In this document: piece after piece, positions 63,241-64,000 of the stretch
How positions within the stretch are numbered: position 1 is the stretch's first letter
How the letters are laid out: the number at the start of each line of letters is the position of its first letter
NCBI GenBank assembly: GCA_964016885.1
Contig: OZ024744.1
Coordinates: 105,648,001 to 105,712,000 of the forward strand
DNA from: Eledone cirrhosa
Taxonomy: Eukaryota
Direction of reading: 5' to 3'
Length of the DNA stretch: 64,000 nucleotides
The notes under the pieces: generated by a model
What the model saw: the letters and a program-made list of their open reading frames with translations, nothing else
Databases searched by the model: none
What the model was told of the DNA's origin: nothing
Position numbers and translations under genes: made by a program

Positions 63241-64000
63241 TAGGGTGTATATATCCTAGGGTGTATGGTGTATATATCCTAGGGTGTAGGGTGTATATGT
63301 CCTAGGGTATATGGTGTATATATCCTAGAGTATAGGGTGTATGGTGTATATGTCCTAGGGTGTAGGGTGTATATGTCCTAGGGTGTAGGGTGTATGGTGT
63401 ATATGTCCTAGGGTGTATATATCCTAGGGTGTATGGTGTATATATCCTAGGGTGTAGGGTGTATATGTCCTAGGGTATAGGGTGTATATATCCTAGAGTA
63501 TAGGGTGTGTGGTGTATATGTCCTAGGGTGTAGGGTGTATATATCCTAGGGTGTATGGTGTATATGTCCTAGGGTGTATGGTGTATATATCCTAGGGTGT
63601 ATGGTGTATATGTCCTAGGGTGTAGGGTGTATATGTCCTAGGGTGTATGGTGTATATGTCCTAGGGTGTATGGTGTATATGTCCTAGGGTGTAGGGTGTA
63701 TATATCCTAGGGTGTATGGTGTATATGTCCTAGGGTGTATGGTGTATATGTCCTAGGGTGTAGGGTGTATATGTCCTAGGGTGTAGGGTGTATATATCCT
63801 AGGGTGTATGGTGTATATATCCTAGGGTGTATGGTGTATATGTCCTAGGATGTAGGGTGTATATGTCCTAGGGTGTATGGTGTATATATCCTAGGGTGTA
63901 GGGTGTATATGTCCTAGGGTGTAGGGTGTATATGTCCTAGGGTGTAGGGTGTATATATCCTAGGGTGTAGGGTGTATATGTCCTAGGGTGTATGGTGTAT
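63241..64000. repeat. 23-bp minisatellite (TAGGGTG-TATGGTG-TATATGTCC) running off the window end
   Basis: Directly visible. Built from 7-nt TAGGGTG-like subunits. Confidence 0.96.

Overview
Eukaryotic, AT-rich, very repeat-dense genomic DNA. The SINE families suggest an octopod cephalopod (inference from recalled octopus SINE sequences; not verified). There is one 200-N scaffold gap at 38010-38209. The only convincing protein-coding sequence is a large coding exon of a SIPA1L/SPAR-family Rap-GAP gene on the + strand (acceptor before 32410, ATG 32776, donor after 34180). No later exon was recognised, so most of the window is probably intronic. The rest comprises a 9.8-kb 19-bp satellite with a 2853-bp higher-order repeat, about 15 other minisatellites, decayed RTE, RTE-X and CRE-type LINEs, pogo, mariner and Tc1 transposase relics, hAT, mariner and piggyBac MITEs, and a young tRNA-SINE family with long target-site duplications. 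The most interesting unannotated signal is a set of type I hammerhead ribozyme motifs. One is complete and lies on the sense strand about 215 nt upstream of the SIPA1L acceptor. Two more near 14.2 and 14.55 kb show compensatory base changes in stem II. A family of (TA)n-embedded fold-back elements, whose arms are re-copied at each locus, may be related; the likely source is Penelope-like or retrozyme-like elements (inference). A second theme is minisatellites visibly seeded inside transposable-element sequence. Almost all long ORFs in the ORF track are repeat artefacts.
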